From NCBI GenBank assembly GCA_964016885.1, contig OZ024745.1, positions 47,182,001 through 47,246,000 on the forward strand: 64,000 bases of DNA, given 5' to 3'. Origin of the DNA: Eledone cirrhosa. Lineage: Eukaryota. The translations under genes were made by a program, and so were the position numbers. Below, piece by piece: positions 25,077-38,239 of this stretch; the stretch's first letter is position 1; each line of letters begins with the position of its first letter. The notes beneath the pieces were generated by a model, which was not told the DNA's origin, ran no database searches, and worked only from the letters and a program-made list of their open reading frames with translations.

Positions 25077-25470
25077 TAACCCTTTAGCATTTAAATTGGC
25101 CATTCCAGCCAGAATTCTTTCACCTCTTTCTGTTCAAACCAGCTGTAACCGGCCACTCATACTTGATGTTAAGGTATTGTTCTCAAAAGAAATATCAAAA
25201 TCTCCTCGCTTCAATATTATGTGAGATAATAATTGTTTCTACTTTTGGCACAAGGCCAGCAATTACCCAGTGCATTACTGGTACTTTATTTTATCGACCC
25301 CGTAAGGATGAAAGGCAAAGTCAACCTCGGCGGGATTTGAACTCAGATCGTAAAGGGACGTAACTATGCTGGAAATATGTGAGATAATAATGTGAGATAA
25401 TAATGTGATGTAAAGCCTTCACAGCGAAAATATAATAGTAAATATAGAGTAATGTAATTGCTAAAGGTTT
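25077..25470. mobile_element. piggyBac-like MITE interrupted by SINE family 1 (25228-25373, minus)
   Basis: Homologous to 6761-6974. The SINE is flanked by duplicated tatgtgagataataat. Confidence 0.75.
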
Positions 25471-26271
25471 ATACAATCATTTTTATTTTAAACTTTCCCT
25501 TTCAATTTCCTATTAAACATGATTAGTGTGATTCAGTTTCTCATAGATTACAGTCCCAAACAATAAATGAAGCTTGGCCGTAATCTATTAAAGGCTTCAG
25601 GCTGAAAAACTCCCATAAACAATAAAAGAATCTCTACGTGGTCGCTCAATCTACTAGAAATAGCAGCTAAATTATTCTCAAATCTCACACTAACTGCTTT
25701 GATATGAAATCACATGAAACCACTGCTGGTTCTATGACACTAAGCTGTTTATTTTCAAGTGTTTATATTTATTTAAAAACATTTCATCGTAGTTTTATAT
25801 AAGAACCTATGTTAAATTATGCTCCAAACACCAGCTTAATAATGAGAAAGTTAGTTATATTACTAAATCTCTCTAAATGTTCAATTATTTTCAAAATGAT
25901 ATGAACACTATAGGCAGTATCCTTCATTAGTAATATGTTGACAAAAGGATTAACTTTTCAATATCATATTTTTAATAAAATCCAGTGTATTTGAATCAAT
26001 CAATGAAGAAGTTAGTGTGATTTACTACAATTAGTTCAATTATTACGATGGTATTTGAAACTTAACATATAGGAACCCTTTAAATGATAGTTTTGGTCCA
26101 TAGAAGCGGAGACGGTTTTGGTTGTGTTGGTATTGAAATGGTTAAAAAAGAAAGGACATATTGGACAATGTAGTCCTAGATATACAACAGACGAGATAGT
26201 CGCGACTGGAACGTCTTAGATGATAAATCTGCTGAATAAGAACAACAATCAAATGTAAGACTCTGACTTAC

Positions 26272-26443
26272 ACAACAGCAGCAGCTTCAATCTAGAAATT
26301 CTAGTTGGCAGTTCACTGATATTATAAGTAGGTCATTGCCAATGGCAACAGCAGTACCCATTATCATCATTGTCAATTGTATAGGGAAATAATACTTAAG
26401 AAATGAAGTGGAGTTCTTGGAATTCTTTTATCAATTTAGTCAA
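26272..26443 (-). other. Candidate 5'-UTR exon of the minus-strand gene
   Basis: tttcag acceptor at 26444 and gtaagt donor at 26271-26266 bound non-repetitive sequence; contains a 27-codon uORF. Confidence 0.35.
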
Positions 26444-26489
26444 CTGAAATTGGAACTTCACTCTAAGTTTCATGTTGTAGAACTGAATA

Positions 26490-26690
26490 ATGATTTCTGA
26501 TTAAGTCACAAGGCCAACAATTTTAAGGGAGGGGAAATTTGATTATATTGCTTTACTGGTACTTTATTTTATTGACCCCGTAAGGATGAAAGGCATAGTT
26601 AACCTCGACAGGATTTGAACTCAGACCGCAAAGGGCTGTAACTCTATGCTTCAAAGCATGGGGGCCGACTCTCTACTGATTCTGCCAATC
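26490..26690 (-). mobile_element. SINE family 1 copy
   Basis: Reverse-complement core and B-box. Confidence 0.8.
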
Positions 26691-27369
26691 CCTACACCAA
26701 CTAAATAATAAGAAAGTTCTATCACTAAACGCCTCCAAATTCTTGATTTTTTTTTTTCAAAGTGATTTGAAAAACAAAGGCAATGTCTTTCATCAGAGTA
26801 TCATAATGAACAAATTAATGTATTGAGTGCTACACAAACACACACAGAGTTAAGAAATTATTAATATTATCATGGCAAAGGATAGCAGAATTGTTACAGA
26901 GTTGAACAAAATGCTTTGCAGCATAGAGTTACATGACTTTACATCCTGAATTCAAATCCCACCAAGGTCAATTTTACCTTTCATCATTCTGGGGTCAATA
27001 AAATAAAGTAAAACAGTCAAATACTGGAGTTGATTTAATTGGCTTTGCTCTCCTCACAAAATTGCTAGCCTTGTGCTTAAATTAGAAAACATTTATTATA
27101 TCTGTATCTTAGCTTTTGGGTGATATAGGATGAATTTTACCAATAGATTTTTGTGCCTATTTTTGGACTAGCCAGTTTTTAATCTTTGGAAAAAACAGTG
27201 AAATTGATAGTCACAACATTTGATACAATGTTGTCAGATTAATTTCATAAAAAGTAGCACATTGTATTGAAAATGAAACTTTTGCCAGTAAATTAAAATA
27301 TACATGTAAAAAGATTACCAGTTGGTTAATTTACTTAGTTGATAATTTAATATAATATTTAACAGGATT

Positions 27370-27960
27370 ATTACCCATACTCCTGCAGAACCTTCCACAA
27401 CAAGTCCTGTGGAATGTGGTTGCTTGCTTTTTTCAAGGTCCACAAAACAAGCGTACAGCTCTTGGCAGAACTCTCATAATTTCTTGAAGAGCTGTCCCTG
27501 AGTGAATATTTGGTCAACTGGGGCAAAATTCACACTGTTAACTTATCTCAACAATATCTCTTTGCCAGACACTCAACATAGACTTTACCAGAGAGGCTTA
27601 ACAAAGAGATTCCTCTATAATTAGAGCAATCTCTGTCTTCATTTTTGAAAATTGTGATTATCACTCTGATTGCTATTGCTTTGGTGTCTTTCCAGAGATC
27701 CAGGCCACCTAGTACATACAAGTCAACTAGAGCATACCTTTTCTACTTAAGGCTTTTAACATCTCAGGCTGAATTTTATCCTTCCCAGAGGCTTTGCTAC
27801 ATATGAGCACTTTGATTGCTCTGGTGACCTCCCTCAACCTCTGAGATGTTAGCCTTCACCCCTAGATGCACCTCATATACATCTGATGTTATGGCGACCA
27901 GATTTAGGAGATCAGCAAAGTATTATCTCCAGCTTGAGAGTTCTTGATAGCAAACATGTC
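27370..27960 (-). pseudogene. Highly decayed LINE RT fragment
   Basis: Minus strand reads ACFVDLEK around 27430-27455; the rest is stop-ridden. Confidence 0.4.
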
Positions 27961-28829
27961 CCATCTGGTTTTGGACCATGACAACCCATTCAGCCCATGC
28001 TAGCATGGAAGGTGGACATGAAATGATAATGATGATGATATATATGATGAACTTCTGTACAGTTACTGTCCACCACATTTTACTCACAAGGCATTGATCA
28101 ACCCGAGGCTATAGTAGAAGACACTTGGTACCATGTAGTGGGGGTGAACTTGAAATCATTTGATTATCTATACATAAGGAGAATGTTAGGGTGTCAGATA
28201 AAATACTTGGAAGTATTCATTCCAACTCTTTATGTTCCCATCAATATCAACATTGTCTTTCATCCTTCTAGGAGTCAATAAAATATAGTACCAGTAAAGT
28301 ACTTGAGTCAATATAATAACCCCCCCCCCTCACAAAATTGCTGGCCTTGTGCCTAAATTAAAACCCATTAGTTACTATTATTCAGCATCTTTATATATTT
28401 TGTTTCCACAATGTTCATTCATAAATTCTATTGCACAATTTATCATTGAGCAGTGTAAACATGCTAGGTAGATAGTATGTTATGATACAAATATTCTGAT
28501 AGACCACACAATATGTAGTGTAAATAGCTCAATAAACTGCATGTTGTAGCTGTACTGAACAATGTTGTCTGTGGTATGGTCATGGCTGAAATGACCTTTG
28601 ATCATAGTTTTACTTAATCAGGACTGACCCTAGACTAAACAACAACAATTTAGAAGAAGAAGGGATTTAAGAACAAGTAAGTCCCACTATGCTAACTAGG
28701 ATTCAGTAAGATTTATTTATTTTTGTGTCAAAATTTACACTTCATTGTTTGTGACCTAGTCATTGATATATTTCCAAGCAAATGATAAATGCCAAGAAAT
28801 ATTTAACTTCTAAATAACTCTCCATTCTT

Positions 28830-29275
28830 GACATGTTTCACTATGGAATAATCTACTTAAAGACAGACTGAATGATGCCTGTGTGTGATATGAATGCTTA
28901 ATGGCAGTGAGATATGGGTAGTGAATGTAGAGGATATGCAAAGGCTGGAGAGAAATAAAACAAGCATGCTTTGATGAATGAGTAATGTATGTGAACAACA
29001 AAGCATGGGTGAGCTAAGAGAAAAACTTGTTATAGGAAGAATCAGATGTAGTGTGCAAAAGAGAAGACTGCATTGGTATGGACATGTGTTACACATGGAT
29101 GACGATCACTGGGTGAAGAAGTATCAAAAAATTCCAATGGAAGGAAACCACAGTAGAGGAAGACCAAGGAAGACTTGGATATAGGTGGTAAGAGATGATC
29201 CCAAATTGCTGAAGCTTACAAAGGAGATGACGAAAAGACATGTCCAACCCATGCAAGCATAGAAAAGCAGCCATA
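28830..29275 (+). mobile_element. Decayed RTE 3' fragment
   Basis: RRLHWYGHVLHMDDDHWVKK...GRPRKTW. Confidence 0.8.
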
Positions 29276-29619
29276 AAATGATGTTGACCTGGAATGGTAT
29301 TGTATCTCTTCCATTCACTGTTGAGACCTTATCCAGAAGAAAGCAATAAGCTCCAAACATTAGTCTACCATCATGTTTTAACATATCTCTACTTGTACCA
29401 CTATAACAAACATTGATTTTTAGAACTTGCCTATTGCACTCTTTAACCCTTTTTGCGTGCATTCCTGTTTCCCACCACCCCTACTCAGCCACACACACTT
29501 CTCTTTCTTTATAACGGGTATCATTGACAACATATCTCGTTTGAAGAACATGAAAATACTTCGTTCTATTCATCAGATATTTCGCATGCTCTCTCTCTCT
29601 CTCTCTCTCTCACTCTCTC

Positions 29620-29659
<40 letters not shown>

Positions 29660-29744
29660 ACACACACACACACTAACTCCAACCCCAATACAATAAATCT
29701 GATGATCCTACAATTTATTTTTGTTTTCTTCAAACGAGGTCTAT

Positions 29745-29901
29745 AATAATAATTGTTTCTACTTTTGGCACAAGGCCAGCAATTACCCAGTACATTACTG
29801 GTACTTTATTTTATCGACCCCGTAAGGATGAAAGGCAAAGTTAACCTCGGCGAGATTTGAACTCAGATCATAAAGGGACGTAACTCTATGCTTCAAAGCA
29901 T
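29745..29901 (-). mobile_element. SINE family 1 copy (5'-truncated)
   Basis: Reverse-complement tail, core and B-box. Confidence 0.8.
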
Positions 29902-30842
29902 AATACTCTTTATTACATTATTCAGTGTTCAAACTTTAAATATTGAATCTGCATTGTTGATCAAATATCTTACAAGAACTTACGTTGATCGATACGTATG
30001 AAACTGGTTTTTGAAGGTGAATGTATTCCGCAGAAATATATTTGTTGTTATTGGCCTTGAAAGGACGATGTTTGAATTCGACAACAGCTAGGTTTGATCT
30101 CATAACAGTGGGCACCGAACTAAATACCGTCAAATATCTTATCATTTCCTCTTTTCTCGTATACTACAGTGTGCTTGCTGGATGTTCGATTGCAATATGA
30201 AAAAGAGATTTAAGTTTCTAGGGTAGTAAATACGCATCGAGTAACGGATTTACTGCAAGCAGGTCTGATATTCTTGCATATTACAAATACGTAAAGCAAA
30301 AAAAAAAAAAAGAAAGAAATTCCATCGAGACATGAAAGTTGAAACTAGAGTCATGTTATAGACTCCAAGTTCCGCATAGCAGTCGACTGCTTTTAGTATG
30401 TTAGTGTCAATTTATCATCCGACACAATTTGCAAACTACTTGGTTCCAGAGGGGGCGAGTGCACGCACTCGCGCGCGTATATATCCTGCAAAACAACCAT
30501 CGACTATTATATTACTTTATTTCTTGTATAGCGGAATAGAGTCTTTTGTATAAAACCCTTGGTGATAGATATTGTGGTAGAAATATTATTTCTAACGTTA
30601 ATACGAACATCAAAAGCTAAACACAGGAAATATTTTAAATTTTATAGTAGGAAATATAAGTTTAAAAAACCCCAAATAATATAAAGATTTAATATAAATA
30701 ATGAACACAAACATTCTTTCTTTTATAATAAACTTAAGAAGCTAAAATCTATCTTTTAAAGTGCAGGTGAGAGTGGGAAGAACAGTGCTCTTCCAAAGTC
30801 AACAACAACAAAGAAAAGAATATATAAACATTAGATACTTAC

Positions 30843-31150
30843 TGTTACTGCTTAACGTTTAGCAAAAGTCGATCAGAGTAAAAGAAAGTAAAACGAAAAG
30901 AACAAAACGAACGAAGTTTTTTTCTTTTTTTAAAAGATCGAATGATAGTTTGATGTAACTCCACTGTTGCTTTCAGACTGAGAAAAGAATAAACGACAAA
31001 CAAATAAAAGAAAGCAGCCCGTCTCGATGTGGTAAAGAGAAAGACGAGCAGACAGCCCCGAGTTTGGCTGGCAGCTGTAAGTGAGCGATCACTACTAAAT
31101 GGGGCGGAGGCTTAAGCATCAACCAATTTCTCCGTCAGTCACGAGTTACA
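30843..31150 (-). promoter_or_regulatory. Candidate promoter and non-coding first exon of the minus-strand gene
   Basis: Locally CpG-rich unique sequence with a GC box GGGGCGGAG (~31101) and CCAAT (~31123); consensus donor gtaagtat at 30842-30835. Confidence 0.45.
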
Positions 31151-31514
31151 TAACACATTAAATTTGTTTGTCGGACATTTCACGATGCTGTGTGTTGTCA
31201 AATAACTAATATTAGTCATGTTCTAAATTAGATTAGAGAGAGCGGCGTGCCATATAGAATGAATGCTTTGTGGTATTTGTTCTGTGTGGCGCTTTGAGTT
31301 CAAATCATGTCGAAGTCAACTTTCTGCTCATTCTTTGGAGGTCGATAAATAAAGTACTAGTTTAATATTGGGGTAAATTCTCTCTCTCACTACCACGACG
31401 GTGCTCGTTCGTACGACTCAATCAGGAGTTTAGTGCCCTTCTCTCTTTTTTTCTTTAAACACAAATACACTAAAGTTTACTCGTGTACTATCTATATATA
31501 TTTCTACTAGCATA

Positions 31515-31564
<50 letters not shown>

Positions 31565-31602
31565 ATATTAATAAATGGAAACTATATTTATAAAACCATA
31601 TT

Positions 31603-31668
31603 TATTTTATTATACATATTTCAAGGGTAACCAAGGCAAACTATGGTGCGCTTTCATCAGATAAAATA
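31603..31668 (-). ncRNA. Minimal type I hammerhead ribozyme, family H1
   Basis: TATTTTAT-CTGATGA-AAG...CTT-GAAA-TATGTA-TA-ATAAAATA. Confidence 0.7.
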
Positions 31669-31740
31669 CAGATTTGGTTTATAAATAAATATTGACATAC
31701 ACGGAAGCTTGTTGAATCCCAACAAATTAAATATAACCTC

Positions 31741-31785
<45 letters not shown>

Positions 31786-31835
31786 GTGGTTTTTTTTTTA
31801 CAAAATGAAAAATAACCGAGGTGTCCTACATATAT

Positions 31836-31931
<96 letters not shown>

Positions 31932-32249
31932 AACAAACAACGTGTATATGTGTCCACGTTTATATACCGCGTAAGTTTACAAATATATGTTCATATACGT
32001 GTACATGTGTCAGATGTTTAGAGATCAAAAATGTAATTAATTGTACATGAGTTATTTACATTTTTGTGTCTGAAAAAGATAAACAGAAAAAGCGAGGGTG
32101 AGAGAAAACGTTTTGTTGTGTCAATTTAATCCATTTCAATTGTTGTTTATCAATGTATATGAAAATGTAATGTAATTGTTTCTACTATTGGCACAAGGCC
32201 AGCAAATTACCCAGTACATTACTGGTACTTTATTTTATCGAAAATGTAA

Positions 32250-32862
32250 TGGGACGTCACTGTTAGTGACTCTTTTGCTCTTTCCCACACCCTGGATGCT
32301 GCGGTTAGGACGAGAGCCACAGCTTCTGCAGCCGACCGGAGTAAGACCCTCAAATACTCTGATCTGTCGGCCAGCTACATTTTTCAATCTGTGGCTTTCG
32401 AGACGTTTGGGGGAGTCGGGCCGCTGATTGGGAGGTTCCTCTCTTCACTGGCGGCTCGCCTAATAAAGTTAACTGGCGAATCTCGCGAGGGCGCTTGGCT
32501 GTTTCAGCGCATCAGCCTCGCCGTCACCCGAGGCAACGCGGCGCGTGTGCTGGCTTGCCTAAAAAATCATTAGAGAGGTTGCCCAGACCTCACGACATTG
32601 CTGTCTTTTGCTCTGGTGTTGGCTCCGTTATTCATCCCTTTCTTTACATTTTCTTTAATATTGTAACATTAAAAGAATATATCTTTCTGAAAGAATCGCG
32701 AGCTATTTATAATGTTATCTAAGCATTTGTAATGTTATTTATGTATATATTTAATACATATTTGTTATGTTATTCTACTGGAAATTTATTTATATGCTCT
32801 GTTTATATTTTCATTCTGAAAGAATTGCAAACGATTTGTAATGTATTTATGAAATAAAGTTA
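32250..32862 (+). mobile_element. CRE-clade (RLE) non-LTR retrotransposon 3' fragment
   Basis: WDVTVSDSFA...KTLKYSDL...AFETFGGVGP...TGESREGAWLFQRISLAVTRGNAARVL*, followed by an AT-rich 3'UTR with AATAAA. Confidence 0.8.
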
Positions 32863-32937
32863 TACATATACTTTCTGGTCATATCTTTCACGGAACCATA
32901 CCAGGAACGTACATTCCGTTGTAGTAACTAACCTTAA

Positions 32938-33018
<81 letters not shown>

Positions 33019-33482
33019 TAAACGGACGGTAGTCCGTTTAGTAATATTGTTGTGGTCGTGTTTTCGTTGGCAATCGTCTGTTTACGACAGTACAGCGCGG
33101 CTCTACTTTATTTAACTGAGATAAAACTTATATGAGCATGAACAGTAGATCATTACGCATCTTTTGCCTTAAAAATCTAGAAATTTGGTCCAGCGGGAAA
33201 AAGTTTATAATCAAAGTTTGCTGATAAATCTTGTGTTCAAGTGAGTGAGTAGTAAGCGTGACACTAGGGGAGGTAATCCAGAAATGACGTAGCTTTGTCA
33301 TTAAGCCAGTTGCCTCAACTAGATTGCAATTATACTCAAAAGAACTTTAAAATGTCAATCACTTGTCAGTAATTCACTATGATCATTTAATTATTAGATA
33401 GTTGTTGCTTGCATTGCCTTAAAAAATAGTAGACCAGATAGAAAAATGCGTACAGCAAAAAAAAGTAATATTGTTGGAATAT

Positions 33483-33611
33483 AAACCTTTAAAAATACAG
33501 GACAAGAAACTAAAATAAAACTTTAAAAGAATAGGACAAGAAACTAAGATAAAACTTTAAAAGAATAGGACAAGAAACTAAGATAAAACTTTAAAGAATT
33601 GGACAAGAAAT
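33483..33611. repeat. 34-bp minisatellite, ~3.7 copies
   Basis: Unit GGACAAGAAACTAAGATAAAACTTTAAAAGAATA. Confidence 0.85.
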
Positions 33612-33798
33612 AATATATAAACAACCATCTGGTTGTGGAACCAACCAACCAACCGGAAATTTATAAATTATAATAAATTGAAGTGAAAGCAACTGGTGCG
33701 TGTGTTTCTTATTGGCAACATGACCCTCCCAAAGTATAACATCGGTTTCAACACACGTTGTCAGATAAAGAATCTTGCTAAACAAATTCAGAAACGAA

Positions 33799-33843
<45 letters not shown>

Positions 33844-34461
33844 AGAGTCGGGACCCGACGGCTGAGTTCTTGCCGTTTCAACAGCTATGAAACGGCAAGA
33901 GCTCAGTCGTCGGGTCCCGACTCTTTATAATATAATCATACTCTACTACCCCAAGTATCGAGTACTCTGTTGTAATGGTTTGACCAGTTTCAAACTGAAT
34001 CTATCCTGATATATATATATATATCATCATCATCATCATCATCATCAACGTTTAACGTCCGTGTTCCACGCTTGCATGGGTTTGGACGGGGGTAGTCCCA
34101 CTTGAGGCAAGAGTGGTTGTCTTGCTCGCATAGGACTGTCTGGCAGGTTTTCTACAGTTGGATGCCCTTCCTAACACCAACCACATTTACAGTGTGGGTC
34201 TGGGAGGTTTTTACCGTGTTGCCTACACGGCCACATTACAACGTGGACTGTGTGTTTTTTTGTCGTGACACCTACACGATCTCATTTGTTTCGGCCTCGA
34301 TGGCGCGGCACCAACATAACTTTACATAGAACGGGGTGGTGTGGATGGGGTGGGGGTGGTGGTGGTGGGACGGGGTGTATTTTGTTAGAGATGCCTACTG
34401 GCTGGAGTAGGTTTTACTATATATTTAGGTAAGGCGGGTCTTCTCTGTTACTGAGTACCGC

Positions 34462-34541
<80 letters not shown>

Positions 34542-34982
34542 TAAAAATAGAGAATTGACCTCGAGCTCGTCGGTTTCAGCCAGTTACACCTTCCGTTATG
34601 TTTGTATATACATAAACATTCATAAACAAATATTTGTCTGCGTTAAAATTATTGTTTTGAACTACATTATATTATTTAATATAATAATAGAGTTATATTT
34701 CAAAGTAACCAAATGATGTAGACGAACCGACCATCTACCCAACAGCTATATGAGTAAACAAATAATATACCAAGAATAATAAAAGTGGTGTGGTGTGGTA
34801 TGCGACTGTAATAGCAGTAACTCTTTAAAGACAACTGCGTGCGTGTAAACATTACAATTTTCCACAGCGATAAAATTAACCTTTTGAAATATAAATATTC
34901 ACTAGAATCAATTAGTAGGCTGGAAAGCAAAACTGTTTACTGGTGTAACGTTTCGGAAGGGAGAAGGGCTATGTCTGATAAT

Positions 34983-36905
34983 TATTGTGTAACAAAAATT
35001 TTTTTTCTCTCTGTTCCTGGCTTGTAATCACTTTTTTTGTGTTGCTTAGGTCCCAAATAAATAAAAAAAAGTGCTATCAAACAGTTAAAAGTTTGGGTTT
35101 GTAAAAATTCTAAGCTATTCACTAGAATTATTTGTATGCTGGATTTTACGTTGTATGTAAGTTTAATTTGCTTATGTTAAATGATTCTTTTATATATGTT
35201 TCAGGTTAAATTAAAATGATAAAATAAAGAGTAATACCTAAAGAAAATGATAAAAGTGCAATAAAGTATAAAATTGTTAAAAAATGGATTAAAGAGATTT
35301 ATTGATACTGGATTTTCGCACCCTGAATAAAGAGTAAGTTGTGTTTTAAGCATTCGTCTCCAGGATGAAGCAGTGGAACTTGGCCAAGGAGGAAGTGCAG
35401 GTGACAAGTCAGAGAAGTTGACACAAACCTTTCTCGGGCTTTTACACTCTTAGGGATGGCCTCTGCTTCTGCCATGATGTGCCTGGACTGTTTGACGTTA
35501 TTGGGTGCCGTTTGTGCCCAAGGAGTGGCGGCTATTTATAGACAGCTCCACCACAAGTTTGAAGGCTGTCCTCCTCCACAATGGAAACAAGCTCCCGACA
35601 CTGCCATAGCTCATTCAGTCTGCCTGAAGGAAGATTACTACAGTGTGAAAGTCCTCTTGGAAGCTCTGCAATACAACCAGTACAATTGGGAAATCATTGG
35701 AGACTTCAAGATGGTGGCTTTCCTGCTTGGACTCCAAGGAAGCTTTATCAAATTCCAATGCTTCCTCTACCTTTGGGACAGCAGAGCCACCTCTGACCAC
35801 TACAAAAGAAAGAACTGGGAGCAGCGAACAGAATTTGTAGTTGGGACCCGGAACGTCATGTGGGAGCCACTGGTTGATCCCAGGATTGTGCTCATGCCGC
35901 CACTGCACATTAAGTTGGGGTTGATGAAGCAGTTTATGAAGGTTCTCAACCAAGAATCAGCCGCTTTTAAGTACCTTCTTGAGTTCTTCCCCAAGTTATC
36001 TGAGGCCAAAATCAAAGGTGGAATTTTTGTTGGACCTCAGATAAAGAAGGTGTTTGAGTCTACCGAGTTCTCCAATAAGCTCAATAGGATTGAGAGAACA
36101 GCATGGAACTGTTTCAAGGCAGTTGTTAAGGGTTTCCTGGGCAACTACAGAGCTGAAAACTACCAGCAACTGGTGCAGAATCTGATAAAGGCTTTTGGCA
36201 CCATGGGATGCAGGATGTCGCTTAAACTCCATATGCTGGATGCTCACCTGGAAAAATTCAAGGACAATATGGGCGCCTACTCAGAAGAACAAGGCGAACA
36301 ATTCCACCAAGATGTGAAAGAGATAGAGCGGAGGTACCAGGGCCACTACAATGAAAAAATGATGGGGGACTATATCTGGAGTCTAGTGCGGGAATGCGAC
36401 CTGGACTACAACCGCAAATCCAGGAAATCCAGTCATTTCTGACGTGTATAAGTTGCTTTATAAGTGTTATTTGTTTTTACTTGTTTGCTTTTGATAAGCT
36501 TGTGTAATAAAATAAATATATACTCTGTTGATTTAATTATATGAACTGATAAATTTTTTTAAAATGTGTTTTTTCTTGAAAAATATGAGAATTTCGAAAT
36601 ATCAAACTCCTGACCTCAAACCCAAACTTCTGATTAAATAATAGTGTTTCTTTTATAATAATTGTTTCCACTTTTGGCACAAGGCCATCAATTACCCAGT
36701 ACATTATTGGTACTTTATTTTATCGATCCCGTAAGGATGAAAGGCATAGTTAACCTCGGGGGGATTTGAACTCAGACCGTAAAGGGACGTAACTATGCTG
36801 GAAAGCATGGCGTCCGACCCTCTACCGATACTGCCAATCCTCCGGGATATAACAAACCAGGAAATGACACTTAGAACCGGGGAACAAAAAATATGTTACA
36901 CGGTG
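34983..36905 (+). mobile_element. Chapaev3-like DNA transposon, internally deleted, with SINE insertion (36657-36842, minus)
   Basis: Imperfect TIRs tattgtgtaacaaaaatttttt / aaaaaatatgttacacggtg, plus sub-terminal ttcctgg.ttgt, around a transposase ORF. Confidence 0.7.
35456..36442 (+). CDS. Chapaev3-type DDE transposase, C-terminal part (homology from ~35600)
   Basis: GDFKMVAFLLGLQ..F.K..CFL..WDSRA, PPLHIKLGLMK, FPKLSEAKIK.GIFVGPQI, MSLKLH.L..H, SEEQGE.FHQD, RYQG, MMGDY.WSL. Confidence 0.8.
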   Translation: MASASAMMCLDCLTLLGAVCAQGVAAIYRQLHHKFEGCPPPQWKQAPDTAIAHSVCLKEDYYSVKVLLEALQYNQYNWEIIGDFKMVAFLLGLQGSFIKFQCFLYLWDSRATSDHYKRKNWEQRTEFVVGTRNVMWEPLVDPRIVLMPPLHIKLGLMKQFMKVLNQESAAFKYLLEFFPKLSEAKIKGGIFVGPQIKKVFESTEFSNKLNRIERTAWNCFKAVVKGFLGNYRAENYQQLVQNLIKAFGTMGCRMSLKLHMLDAHLEKFKDNMGAYSEEQGEQFHQDVKEIERRYQGHYNEKMMGDYIWSLVRECDLDYNRKSRKSSHF

Positions 36906-36995
36906 TAATTATTCGACATCCTTGTTTTTAGTTCCAAAGCCTGTAAAATACACTATTTAGTTTTAACTTGGGACATATTCTTGTGACACACCCTG

Positions 36996-37700
36996 TGCCC
37001 CTGGTCGAGAGGCAGGTGCCTTGTCTGGGACGTCACTGTTAGTGACTCTTTTGCTCTTTCCCACATCCTGGATGCTGCGGTTAGGACGAGAGCCACAGCC
37101 TCTGCAGCCGAGCGGAGTAAGACCCTCAAATACTCTGATCTGTTGGCCAGCTACATTTTTCAGCCTGTGGCTTTCAAGATGTTTGCGGGAGTCGGGCCGC
37201 TGGTTCCTCTCTTCACTGGCGGCTCGCCTAATAGAGGTAACTGGCGAATCTCGCGAAGGCTCTTGGCTGTTTCAGCGCATCAGCCTCGCCATCACCCGAG
37301 GCAACGCTGCGACTGTGCTGGCTTGCCTCAAAAATCATTAGAGGTTGTCCAGTACTCCTTGCGATGTTGCTGTCTTTTGCTCTGGTGTTGGCTCGGTTGT
37401 TCACCCCTTCCTTAACATTTTCTTTAATATTGCAACATTAAAAGAATATATCTTTCTGAATGAATCGCAAGCTATTTATAATGTTAGCGAAGCATTTGTA
37501 ATGTTATTTATGTATATATTAATATTTAAAACATATTTGTTATGTTATTCTACTGTAAATTTATTTATATGCTCTGTTTATATTTTCATTCTGAAAGAAT
37601 TGCAAACTATTTGTAATGTTATTGTATCATTATATTTCTTTTTATTGGAGTTAGCCTTGTATCATCAGTTTTGCTTGAGGTATTTTTAATGGAAATAAAC
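36996..37700 (+). mobile_element. CRE-clade retrotransposon 3' part
   Basis: CPWSRGRCLVWDVTV...QRISLAITRGNAATVL*, homologous to 32250-32862. Preceded by a mariner-like terminus (rc CAGGGTGTGTCACAAGAATATGTCCCA, 36969-36995). Confidence 0.8.
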
Positions 37701-38239
37701 TGTAGAAGAGTTGTTTGTTGTTTTATTCAATCATAATTTTTTCTTTTTTTCGATAACAATATATTTTATATCACATGTAACAGTAAAATCTAGCTATTAG
37801 AAAAACAACATATCAGTTTAAAAGTATTTTCCTGTATATAAAAATGATAAGGAAGAAATATCTTTTTCCAAAGTTGTTATATATTTTCACTCACTGGTAT
37901 CTAAATAAACACTTTGTTGTCAACATAACCGTCATCATAAAACTATTAAGCATAATCCATAAACAAATATTTTAAGACATCCCAAATATAAACTAAACAT
38001 GTTTACATACATAATTATTTCTAAGATTGATACTAAGCCAGCAATTTTGAGGAAAAGAGAAAGTGAATTATATCGCCAGACGCTCAACCTCGGCGGTATT
38101 TTGAACTCAGTTATATATTATAAATATTATAAATATCATTACTAAATGCTTCAAAGCATTTTGTCCGACACCAACTATTCTGCCATTGCTCCTGTATTTA
38201 CATGTATAACAATGGTCAACAAATTTTGATTATTTTCTG

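Noticed and set aside
33483-33611. Regularly spaced 34-bp repeats (also subrepeats at ~45760-45955 and a 30-bp duplication at 62571-62630) as a CRISPR-like array
   Set aside because: Contiguous tandem units without unique spacers, eukaryotic context, and no cas genes.
33734-33767. Minus-strand TAT-CTGACAA-CGTGTGTT-GAAA-CCGATG-TT-ATA
   Set aside because: Core G8 is missing, stem I is only 3 bp and stem II is doubtful; compatible with chance.
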